Below the pieces are notes generated by a model. The model was not told the origin of the DNA and searched no databases. It saw nothing but the letters and a program-made list of their open reading frames with translations. Positions 17,501 to 24,383 of a stretch of DNA of 32,000 bases are shown in pieces. Position 1 is the first letter of the stretch, and every line of letters starts with the position of its first letter. Made by a program: the position numbers and the translations under genes. The DNA comes from Candidatus Hadarchaeota archaeon (GTDB lineage: Archaea; Hadarchaeota; Hadarchaeia; Hadarchaeales; Hadarchaeaceae). The stretch spans positions 213,057-245,056 of the forward strand of contig CAZETV010000002.1 of assembly GCA_964514965.1 (NCBI GenBank), read 5' to 3'.

Positions 17501-17522
17501 TTTGTATCTTTGTCAATACAAA
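17501..17522. promoter_or_regulatory. Inverted repeat TTTGTAT-ctttgtca-ATACAAA upstream of the antitoxin gene, next to a TATAAGTA-like box (17491..17498, minus strand); candidate autoregulatory TA operator/promoter
   Basis: Read directly from the sequence. The position (40-60 nt upstream of the antitoxin ATG) fits the usual autoregulation of type II TA operons. Confidence 0.35.
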
Positions 17523-17553
17523 TGTATGTACTAAGTGTGAGGTTGCCAAGGAG

Positions 17554-17605
17554 AACATGGCCTACTTCTACGACTACGACGGCATGCTGGTCCGGGTGGA
17601 GAACT
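17554..17605 (+). repeat. 52-bp direct repeat, copy 2
   Basis: aacatggcctacttctacgactacgacggcaTgctggtCcgggtggagaact; two mismatches to 16799..16850. Confidence 0.95.
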
Positions 17606-17814
17606 CGGCGACCTGGCCCAAGCTGGTCGTGGAGTACGGCTACGACCCGCTGGGCAACCGCGTCCTGCGGCGTGAATATCGTCTCTACGAAAACGGCGAC
17701 AGGACCGGAGAGAACGACCTCTACTACGTCGACGACTTGGCCGGCTCTTTGACCCAGGTGCTCCAGGCGTCCGACAACGCGGGGCGCTGTCCTCTGCGTA
17801 TAAGGAATCCATGA
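17554..17814 (+). pseudogene. YD/Rhs-repeat protein gene fragment 2
   Basis: Track ORF 17557..17814: MAYFYDYDGMLVRVENSATWPKLVVEYGYDPLGNRVLRREYRLYENGDRTGENDLYYVDDLAGSLTQVL. It shows YD repeats and a YY.D.LGS-like motif. At 85 aa it is far too short for an intact Rhs/YD protein. Confidence 0.6.
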
Positions 17815-17878
17815 AACGCGAGATCGTGAAAGAGCTTTCTATTGGGTCCGAAAATGACGAAATATTCTTACCTGGGCA

Positions 17879-17921
17879 GGTGGGCCCGAAGGGATTTAAC
17901 CCGCCAACCACGAACTTCTAG
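17879..17921. repeat. Direct repeat copy B: degenerate copy of the 3' part of tRNA-Met
   Basis: tgggcccgaagggatt (17881..17896) is identical to 26518..26533. The continuation taacccgccaaccac resembles cgaacccttgaccac of the tRNA T-arm. The T-stem can no longer pair, so it is not a functional tRNA. Confidence 0.6.
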
Positions 17922-18226
17922 ACCCAACTCAGAACCGCCTTGGAACCGACGCAATAAGCGAAAACGCTTTCGGGGGCCCACGCTATGACCTCCCTGTGCG
18001 CCATGAACTGCCAATTTTTATTTATGAAACGTGGGGGATGAAGCTGGGGGCCGGATTATGCACCGTGGGTTTGGGTTCGATGGCTCAAGTGCGTTGGCGA
18101 GGCGCCGCACGGACTGCTCGCTGGGGAGGTTGAAAGAAATATACGAGAAGGCGGGGTTGAGGATGCTTTCCTAAGATTTAGACCTCATGCGCAGCAATTG
18201 GTAAAATATCTGCACCTGTGTTGAGT

Positions 18227-18264
18227 AAAAAAATAAAAAGGGACGGAAAGAATTACTTCTTTCC
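18227..18264 (-). terminator. alba terminator: 8-bp hairpin GGAAAGAA-ttac-TTCTTTCC spanning the stop codon, followed on the minus strand by TTTTTATTTTTTT
   Basis: Read directly (hairpin 18245..18264; A-run 18227..18239 on the plus strand). Oligo-T tracts are the known archaeal termination signal. Confidence 0.5.
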
Positions 18265-18537
18265 GAGCACTATTTCAATTGTTGAGACGTTTGTTGCACC
18301 GCGTTCTCCTTGCATGGACTCGGTTCCTATCAAAATGTTCTTCACTATCATGTTTTGCAGGAATCTGTTTTTGGTGATCTCCGCAACGTCGACCGCTCTG
18401 CTAATCGCTTTGCCTCGTGCCTTGAGGGTGACGTCGCCGACACCCTGGTTGGCCTGCGTTATCACTGCAAGGACGTAGTTCATCACTAGTTTTATTCCAA
18501 TAAAAACCACGTTTCCAGCGGCTCTTTGTTCTGCCAT
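18253..18537 (-). CDS. albA: Alba (Sac10b) DNA/RNA-binding chromatin protein
   Basis: 94 aa: [20 protein letters not shown]...[25 protein letters not shown]...NVSTIEIVL is the canonical Alba pattern. GGAGGT lies 8 nt upstream of the ATG. Confidence 0.92.
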   Translation of the reverse strand: MAEQRAAGNVVFIGIKLVMNYVLAVITQANQGVGDVTLKARGKAISRAVDVAEITKNRFLQNMIVKNILIGTESMQGERGATNVSTIEIVLGKK

Positions 18538-18653
18538 AGTTTCTTACCTCCCCACGATTTGTCCAAATATTCTATGATTTCTAATCCTAAATTTTTTGGG
18601 GTTAATCCCTTGGCGAGGAACTACTTTATAACCTGACGAAGAAACCATGAGAA

Positions 18654-19319
18654 CTAGACTGGAAGTCTTAACACTACGATCTTTTGTTCCTTAGGTAAAC
18701 TGTCTTTCGTGACGCTAAGGCCCGGACCATTGGTTTTCTCAACGGTTTTCTTACCTTTTAGAAATGCATCGAGGGCGATAGGCATCACCCTTGACAACCA
18801 CGGCGATGCACCTGAGAACCCTGTGTTGTAATGCATCGGTATAATTATTTTCGGGTCCAATTTGGTGATAACCGACCATGCGACATCGGGCCCTATGGTG
18901 GCTCCTCCCGCAACTGGTGTGCACAGCACGTCTACCTTGCCTATCTCCTTTGCCTGCTCCGCGGTCAGGTCGTGACCTAGGTCTCCCAAATGACACAGTT
19001 TGAGGCCGTCAAGCTGTACAGTGTAGACGCTGTTCTTCCCTCTTTGGCTGCCCCCAGCGTCGTCGTGTAGGGTCGCCACGCCCTTCACTGGAATGCCTCC
19101 AACGTCCTTTGCGCCCACGAATCCTTCTAGGGCATCTCCTCCTTCTTTGAGGACCGGTTTTACGTTGTTGTGGTCCCTGTGGCCGTGGCTGCACAGGACG
19201 ACGTCAGCTTTTGCCTTTGGCTCAGGTAAGCCGATCCCTCCGAAGGGGTCAAACACGATTGTAGCATTCTGTCCCCTCACCTCAAAGCACGCGTGCCCAT
19301 GCCATAGAATATTCACCAA
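18654..19319 (-). CDS. MBL-fold metal-dependent hydrolase (UPF0173-like)
   Basis: 221 aa: ILWHGHACFEV, VLCSHGHRDH, CHLGDLGH. Confidence 0.8.
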   Translation of the reverse strand: MVNILWHGHACFEVRGQNATIVFDPFGGIGLPEPKAKADVVLCSHGHRDHNNVKPVLKEGGDALEGFVGAKDVGGIPVKGVATLHDDAGGSQRGKNSVYTVQLDGLKLCHLGDLGHDLTAEQAKEIGKVDVLCTPVAGGATIGPDVAWSVITKLDPKIIIPMHYNTGFSGASPWLSRVMPIALDAFLKGKKTVEKTNGPGLSVTKDSLPKEQKIVVLRLPV

Positions 19320-19465
19320 AATACCCGCCCCCTTTCTAAATGCACCGAGTTTTAATAGTTGAACAAAGCCTTAACTTTTTCGCTCTCCTGGAGTTTGATG
19401 GCATGCTGAATTCTCCGCTTTAGACTCCACCTCCCAAACCATTGAATGGGAGGTGTGGAAAAAGC

Positions 19466-19663
19466 ATGACCACATACGTGGGTTTGGATGTGCATCTGCG
19501 CACGTGCCACGCGACGGTGATGGACGAACACGGAAGAATCCTGAAGCAGGAGAAATTCCCGAACGAGCGTCCGGAGTTCGAGAGGGTCCTCAAGGGCATC
19601 GACGATGCGAAGGTCGCGATGGAAGCGTGCTACTGCTGGCAGCCCGTTCACGAGCTGCTCGAA
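19466..19663 (+). mobile_element. IS110-family transposase, N-terminal remnant only (about 66 codons)
   Basis: MTTYVGLDVHLRTCHATVMDEHGRILKQEKFPNERPEFERVLKGIDDAKVAMEACYCWQPVHELLE matches the IS110 DEDD N-terminal pattern (VG.DVH....v.D..G.....F.N......l......V.mEa...w). The remaining roughly 270 aa are missing, and the reading frame runs into the antisense of the next gene. Confidence 0.65.
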
Positions 19664-19724
19664 ACCTTTCTCGTAACCAGATTGCCTATTGCGGCATTCA
19701 ATATTCCTATTGTCGTCGTAGTTT

Positions 19725-21113
19725 TCATTTTTCATCAGGCCTCTTCCTTTGATATAACTCGGTGACAAGGTAGTGCATCGCTTTTCTAAATATGAACCCT
19801 TTATCCTTTATCAAGTCCTTTGCTAGTGTTTTTGGACGAAGGTAAAATTTCAGGTAAGCCAATTTCAAAGCGTTTGCTATCTGAGACGCCGTGAGGTATT
19901 TTAATTTCATTACAGGGTCCAATGTTGTGAATTTTTTCCAGTTCGTTGTGAGAAGTAATTTTTCTTTCAAAGCATATGACCATAATTTCGTCCCCGGATA
20001 AGGAGTGGCTATGGTAAATTGGGCGAAATCAACTCCTACTTTTTTCGAAAAATTTATTGTTTTATTAACATCTTCCCCATTTTCCTCGGGAAAGCCTATC
20101 ACAAAAGACCCCAGCGCATGCAGTCCAGCTTCCTTCGCGTTTTTCACGGCCAATCCCGATTTTTCCAGCGTGATCCCTTTCCCAATGAAATCGAGTGTTT
20201 TTTGGGAGCCTGATTCCAGGCCAAAGTATACGGTGTGGGCTCCTCCTTTTTTCATCGTGTTTGCAATTTCCGCAGAGAACGTGTCCACTCTTGAAGACGC
20301 GGTCCAAGAAATATCCAATCCCTCTTCCCTTATTTTCTTGGCTATTGCGATCACCCTAGGTTTCAATAAGGTGAATGTATCATCCATAAATTCCACGTCG
20401 GTTTTACCGTATTCATGCCTGAGTATGGATAGTTCTTCCATGGTTCTCTCCACGCTGTGCCCACGCCATTTCTTCCCGAATTGCAGGGATGAGGAGCAGA
20501 ATATACAGTTGAATGGGCAACCCCTGCTAGTAATTATTGTCGCAAATTCAACTTTGCCCGACTTGTATTTTTTCATGGGAAGTAATTCATAAGATGGAAT
20601 TGGAATTGTATCGATGTTTTCTATCAGCTTTCTTGGCGGGTTATTTATTATTTTTCCGTTCTTTTTAAAAGTCAACCCATTTATCTTTTTAAAATCCGCT
20701 CCATTTCCGAGGGCATAGACCAGTTCTTTAAATGTGTCTTCCCCTTCCCCTCTCACGATAAAGTCTACATACGGGCATTCCTGCATGATCCTCTCTGGTA
20801 CAAAAGTTGCGTGTGGCCCTCCTAAAATAATATTAATGTTTTCATTTATCCCTTTAGCGATCTTTGCTATTTCGTATGCATCTGGCATCATCGAAGTTGT
20901 CGCCGTTAAACCAACTATGTCAGGGTCTGAATCTCTTATTATCTTGGCCACATCTTCCCTTCCGTATCCTTCCGCAATTGAATCGATGATTTTCACGTCA
21001 TGTTCATCTTTTACCATTGAAGCAAGATATGCTAAGCCAAGAGGGGGCATGGTTTCGCCCATAACTCTTCTTACGGCGCTTTCTGTTGGGGGAGAAACCA
21101 GCATCACGTTCAT
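19725..21113 (-). CDS. Cobalamin(B12)-binding-domain radical SAM protein (class B type)
   Basis: 462 aa. The N-terminal B12-binding-like domain (PPLGLAYLAS..., DIVGLTATTS, ILGGPHATF, DFIVRGEGE) is followed by a CPFNCIFC radical SAM cluster motif and TIM-barrel motifs. The gene is AT-rich (a sampled 60-nt line gave about 37 percent G+C). Confidence 0.85.
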   Translation of the reverse strand: MNVMLVSPPTESAVRRVMGETMPPLGLAYLASMVKDEHDVKIIDSIAEGYGREDVAKIIRDSDPDIVGLTATTSMMPDAYEIAKIAKGINENINIILGGPHATFVPERIMQECPYVDFIVRGEGEDTFKELVYALGNGADFKKINGLTFKKNGKIINNPPRKLIENIDTIPIPSYELLPMKKYKSGKVEFATIITSRGCPFNCIFCSSSLQFGKKWRGHSVERTMEELSILRHEYGKTDVEFMDDTFTLLKPRVIAIAKKIREEGLDISWTASSRVDTFSAEIANTMKKGGAHTVYFGLESGSQKTLDFIGKGITLEKSGLAVKNAKEAGLHALGSFVIGFPEENGEDVNKTINFSKKVGVDFAQFTIATPYPGTKLWSYALKEKLLLTTNWKKFTTLDPVMKLKYLTASQIANALKLAYLKFYLRPKTLAKDLIKDKGFIFRKAMHYLVTELYQRKRPDEK

Positions 21114-21153
21114 GTTATCTCACTTTTTCTGGGTGGCCGGTCATATACCGGTG

Positions 21154-22662
21154 TTAGGCAGCCATCCGCGGTGGAACTTGGGATCTTGATCTAGCCTGCT
21201 CGAGCTCCTGCCAGTAATGGATGTTGTGGATGCAACCCGGGTCGGGCGCCTGTACGTCCCCATAGTAGCCGTAGGCACGTGCCCTGCACCCGCCGCATAT
21301 GTACTTGTGTTCGCATTGGCCGCAGTTCTCCAGGGCATCGCGGTTCCTGAGCTTCCAGAGGAGCTCCGTGGAGTCCCAGATATCGCGCAGCCTGTCCTTC
21401 CTTATGTTGCCGAGCTTGATGGGCATGAAGACGCAGGGGGTTATGTCGCCGTTAGGTTCGAGCCCGCAGTACAGCCTTCCGGCCCCGCACCCCCCTAGGA
21501 ACTCCGCGAGGCTCTTTGTCCGCCCCTGTAGCGCACTCATGGCAGCGCGGTTCGTGAAGTGCGTGGCCACCACCCCGACCGCATCGTTGCCCAGAGCGTA
21601 CTCCCAGGAGACGGTGGAGTACTGGGGCGCAGTCGAATAGCATATCATCTTGCAGTTGCTGTCCATCATCCTGTTGTAAAGGTACTTGAGGAGCTCCTGC
21701 CTGTCCTCCGGGCTTAGGTCCTGTTCGGTGATTTCCTTTCCCCTCCCCGTCGGCACGTAGTTGAATACTATCACGCGTCCAACTCCGAGCTCCTTCTCGG
21801 CGAAGTCAACCAGCTTCGGAATCTCGTGAAGGTTATAACGAGTTGCGGTGAGGGCAACGCAGGTGTCAATCCCTTCGGCAACGCAGTTCTTGATTCCCTC
21901 GCATGTGCGCTTCCAGGCCCCGGGCACCCCCCTGAACTTGTCGTGGGCCGCCTCGAATCCATCGAGGGAGATTTCAGCGTAGCCGAAAACATCCTTCATC
22001 TTCTTGGCCATATCCCGCGTGATCAGCGTTCCATTGGTAGCGACTGAGGTGTAGAACCCCCTGCTTTTCGCGTATCCGGCGACTTCAAAGATGTCCTTCC
22101 TCGTTAACGGCTCTCCCCCTGAAAAGGCGATGGCAACCACGCTGGCATCTTCGAACTCGTCGATTACGTGCTTGGCCTCCTCGGTTGTGAGTTCGTCCTC
22201 CATCGCCTTCGGTCCTGCATTCTCATAGCAATGCTCGCACCGCAGGTTGCATAACTTTGTATAGTTCCAAACGACCAGGAAGGGCGCCACGGAGATGAAG
22301 GGCCTTCGAGTGCCGTAACGCGCGATGCCCTCCAGCACGTTGACCATGGCGCGCCTTATCATCGGGTCCGACATGTTTTCCTTCAGATTGGAGTCAGAAT
22401 AACCGAAGGCGTTTGCCCCGTGATCAAGCACGAATTTAACGATTAGTGAGGCGAGAGCGTCCTGCACGTCGCATTTAATTTCCTCGCCGGTATATTTACG
22501 AAGAGCAATATCGAGCCTGTTGCCTCCCCCCCTGCTTCGGCCACAGACTAATCTTAGCATGGCCCTTGAGACTGGGTTATCGAGCCAACGCTGGACATGG
22601 CCAATTACCGCATCCTCAGTCCTAACCTCAGCTCCCACCTTGATGCTTTTGTTGGAGGCCAT
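21154..22662 (-). CDS. Radical SAM/SPASM-domain protein with an N-terminal extension of about 125 aa, function unknown
   Basis: CNLRCEHCY radical SAM motif, GGEPL. The C-terminal auxiliary-cluster region is CGAGRLYCGLEPNGDITPCVF ... CGQCEHKYICGGCRARAY ... PDPGC. ATG 22662 (MASNK..., GGGGGTG upstream) is preferred over the track TTG at 22677. The gene is GC-rich. Confidence 0.8.
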   Translation of the reverse strand: MASNKSIKVGAEVRTEDAVIGHVQRWLDNPVSRAMLRLVCGRSRGGGNRLDIALRKYTGEEIKCDVQDALASLIVKFVLDHGANAFGYSDSNLKENMSDPMIRRAMVNVLEGIARYGTRRPFISVAPFLVVWNYTKLCNLRCEHCYENAGPKAMEDELTTEEAKHVIDEFEDASVVAIAFSGGEPLTRKDIFEVAGYAKSRGFYTSVATNGTLITRDMAKKMKDVFGYAEISLDGFEAAHDKFRGVPGAWKRTCEGIKNCVAEGIDTCVALTATRYNLHEIPKLVDFAEKELGVGRVIVFNYVPTGRGKEITEQDLSPEDRQELLKYLYNRMMDSNCKMICYSTAPQYSTVSWEYALGNDAVGVVATHFTNRAAMSALQGRTKSLAEFLGGCGAGRLYCGLEPNGDITPCVFMPIKLGNIRKDRLRDIWDSTELLWKLRNRDALENCGQCEHKYICGGCRARAYGYYGDVQAPDPGCIHNIHYWQELEQARSRSQVPPRMAA

Positions 22663-22663
22663 T

Positions 22664-23281
22664 CTATCCACCCCCAAAAGTAGAAGTGATCTTTGACCAA
22701 TCCGCAGCCCATCGGATCTGGTTGCCGTACTTGTCCATGAGCAGCAAATGCCTGGCCGGGAAGGGGAGTTCGTCCAAGTTCGTTATCAACGGCGTTGGGG
22801 GGTTCCTGGCGATGCTGTCGCCATTGCGATAGCATATGCCGGTTACTGTGGCTAGGCCGCCGCCGCTTTCGAGTGCTTTCGTCAGATTGAGCATAGTTCT
22901 TTCCCCTTCGCCGACGCAAACCGCATCCAGCTGGGGACACCCTTTCAGGGTTTCGGTCGGGAGGAACGTGGGGTGTGCGCCGCCCATTACAGTAAAGGCG
23001 TCCGGGCAGGACTCCTTGGCTATACCCATGGCGGCCATCGCGCCGTAGATTGTCGGCGTTACGGCCGTTGTGCCCACGATGTCCGGATTCTCCTTTCCCA
23101 GTCGCGCTTTCAATTCCGCGGGCCCGATGCACGTCGCTGGGACGTCTATTATCCCGACCTCGTGCCCAGCCCCCTCGAGAACCGCAGCTATGTACGCCAG
23201 TCCCATCGGAGGCATCAGGATCTTGAGGTACTCCTGAACTTCCATCCCCGGCGAAGCGGGGTTGATTAATATTACCTTCAT
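22664..23281 (-). CDS. Stand-alone cobalamin-binding-like domain protein (N-terminal module of class B radical SAM enzymes, lacking the radical SAM core)
   Basis: 205 aa, collinear with residues 1 to about 190 of ORF 19725..21113 (PPMGLAYIAAVLE, DIVGTTAVTP, VMGGAHPTF, DAVCVGEGE, LDELPFPARHLL). It stops (TAG 22666..22664) exactly where CxxxCxxC would begin, 1 nt before the ATG of the SPASM gene. Confidence 0.75.
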   Translation of the reverse strand: MKVILINPASPGMEVQEYLKILMPPMGLAYIAAVLEGAGHEVGIIDVPATCIGPAELKARLGKENPDIVGTTAVTPTIYGAMAAMGIAKESCPDAFTVMGGAHPTFLPTETLKGCPQLDAVCVGEGERTMLNLTKALESGGGLATVTGICYRNGDSIARNPPTPLITNLDELPFPARHLLLMDKYGNQIRWAADWSKITSTFGGG

Positions 23282-23371
23282 TTTGCCATCCCCTCAGGGC
23301 TCGGCGGTTTTCGCCCGCCCGGGTTCGGGGGCCATATGAGTACCGCCTTTATGCTCGATGCGCCCTCCGTT

Positions 23372-23824
23372 TCATCCCCTAGGCCGGGACATCTCTTCCC
23401 GGAGCTTCTCAAGGAGATTGCGTAGTGTCCTCCGTTCGTCTGTCGTGAACGCTCGAAAGACGTTCCGCATGTACTCGCTGTACCTCGTAGCTACAATTTC
23501 TTGCACGGCTTTCCCCTTGGGGGTGAGCTCTATGATGGTGGCCCTCCTGTCTCCCCGTCGCGCCATCCTCTTTAGGAGCCCCTTGGACTCGAGCCTGTCG
23601 ATTATCCCGGTGATGTTGGCCGGAGTCACGAGCATTTCATCGCTTATCCCCTTCATCGGCGTCGCGCCATTTTTGGCAACTATCCTCAACACCCGGAACT
23701 GCGGCTGAGTCAGCCCTTCCTTTAAAAGCATTTCTGTGATGCTGCATTGCATCACCTTGTACGTCGCTATGACGGCGTTGTATGTCTCGTTGGGATGTCC
23801 CGCTGGTCCTTCTCCTTTGGGCAT
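23372..23824 (-). CDS. MarR-family transcriptional regulator
   Basis: 150 aa from ATG 23824: LTQPQFRVLRIVAKNGATPMKGISDEMLVTPANITGIIDRLESKGLLKRMARRGDRRATIIELTPKG is the MarR winged-helix pattern. The track ORF (to 24124) adds 100 unsupported codons that cross the promoter and the pseudogene on the other strand. Confidence 0.85.
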   Translation of the reverse strand: MPKGEGPAGHPNETYNAVIATYKVMQCSITEMLLKEGLTQPQFRVLRIVAKNGATPMKGISDEMLVTPANITGIIDRLESKGLLKRMARRGDRRATIIELTPKGKAVQEIVATRYSEYMRNVFRAFTTDERRTLRNLLEKLREEMSRPRG

Positions 23825-23854
23825 GTTGTAAAATAAGTTAGTCAAAGTATAAAT

Positions 23855-23870
23855 AGTTAAGTCATTAACT
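23855..23870. promoter_or_regulatory. Inverted repeat AGTTAA-gtca-TTAACT (plus a related AGTTAGTCA at 23836..23844) flanking a TATAAAT box (23848..23854); candidate MarR operator in a divergent promoter
   Basis: Read directly. The TATA-like box lies about 24-30 nt upstream of the marR ATG, which implies a leaderless or near-leaderless mRNA. Confidence 0.4.
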
Positions 23871-23887
23871 GTTTCTTTGGTTATACC

Positions 23888-24338
23888 TTGAACGCAAGCA
23901 GCATAGGCTCTGAAATGGTCCCCTTCAGAGGCACACGAGAACCCACAAAGGCCCGTTTTTCCGGGCCTGAAACGAGCGAGCCAAGGCCCGCAATCGCAGT
24001 GATACACGAGGTATGGGGAGTTAGTAAACCACACAAAGGACGTAACGAACAGATTCGCGAGGGAGGGATACGTGGCGCTCGCTCCCAACTTCTCCTCGTG
24101 TCCAGAGCTGGCCTCGCTGCTCACACCTCAGAATATTGGCATCACGATGGGTTTCGTTCAGACACTGCCTGCCGAGAGGAGGGCGGACATGGTTTATGCA
24201 CGGCAAGAGTCTGCAAAGCAACCGGCCGGGACGAGAGATGTGGCACAGAGGATGATGAGTAAGATGTTTGGAGGAATGCAGAAGGACGCTCCCACAAAAG
24301 AAGCGGTGAAAGTAGTGGACGTGTTATATCGCGGTTAG
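23888..24338 (+). pseudogene. Dienelactone hydrolase-family gene, frameshifted and apparently 3'-truncated
   Basis: Frame 1: ...MVPFRGTREPTKARFSGPETSEPRPAIAVIHEVWG. Skipping one g near 24020 continues in the next frame as LVNHTKDVTNRFAREGYVALAPNF. Together these reproduce the DLH N-terminal consensus (P..vvihE.wGl..h.kdv..r.A.eGY.alaP.l). No nucleophile motif (GFC.GG-like) is seen before the stop at 24338. Confidence 0.5.
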
Positions 24339-24383
24339 GAGCTTGCGCGCTTTAGCCCCTGCTCGAACTCGAGGTGCAAAAGA

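Noticed and set aside
17881-17960. Copy B as a functional split-tRNA 3' half gene
   Set aside because: The T-stem equivalents (GCGGG versus CCCTT) cannot pair, and no complementary leader or 5' half was found. It is treated as a degenerate att-like remnant.
17815-18226. GC-rich 410-bp gap translated in all frames (looking for an integrase C-terminal relic or other pseudogene)
   Set aside because: Only short open stretches without recognisable motifs were found. One small hairpin (AAGCG-aaaa-CGCTT near 17955) is not enough to call an RNA gene.
19352-19768. 138-aa minus-strand ORF
   Set aside because: It is antisense to the recognisable IS110 transposase remnant and overlaps the 3' end of the radical SAM gene. 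Its composition is not protein-like.
22605-23132. 175-aa minus-strand ORF overlapping the B12-domain gene in another frame
   Set aside because: Arg/Gly/His-rich low-complexity shadow frame in GC-rich DNA. The alternative frame (22664..23281) has clear domain similarity to ORF 19725..21113.
23825-24124. 100-codon N-terminal extension of the MarR ORF (track ORF 23372..24124)
   Set aside because: MarR homology starts after the ATG at 23824. The extension crosses the promoter, TATA box and palindrome, and is antisense to the DLH-like reading frames.
24072-24338. 88-aa ORF as an independent small protein upstream of the MFS gene
   Set aside because: It is better explained as the downstream frame of the frameshifted dienelactone-hydrolase pseudogene (LVNHTKDVTNRFAREGYVALAPNF lies in this frame).
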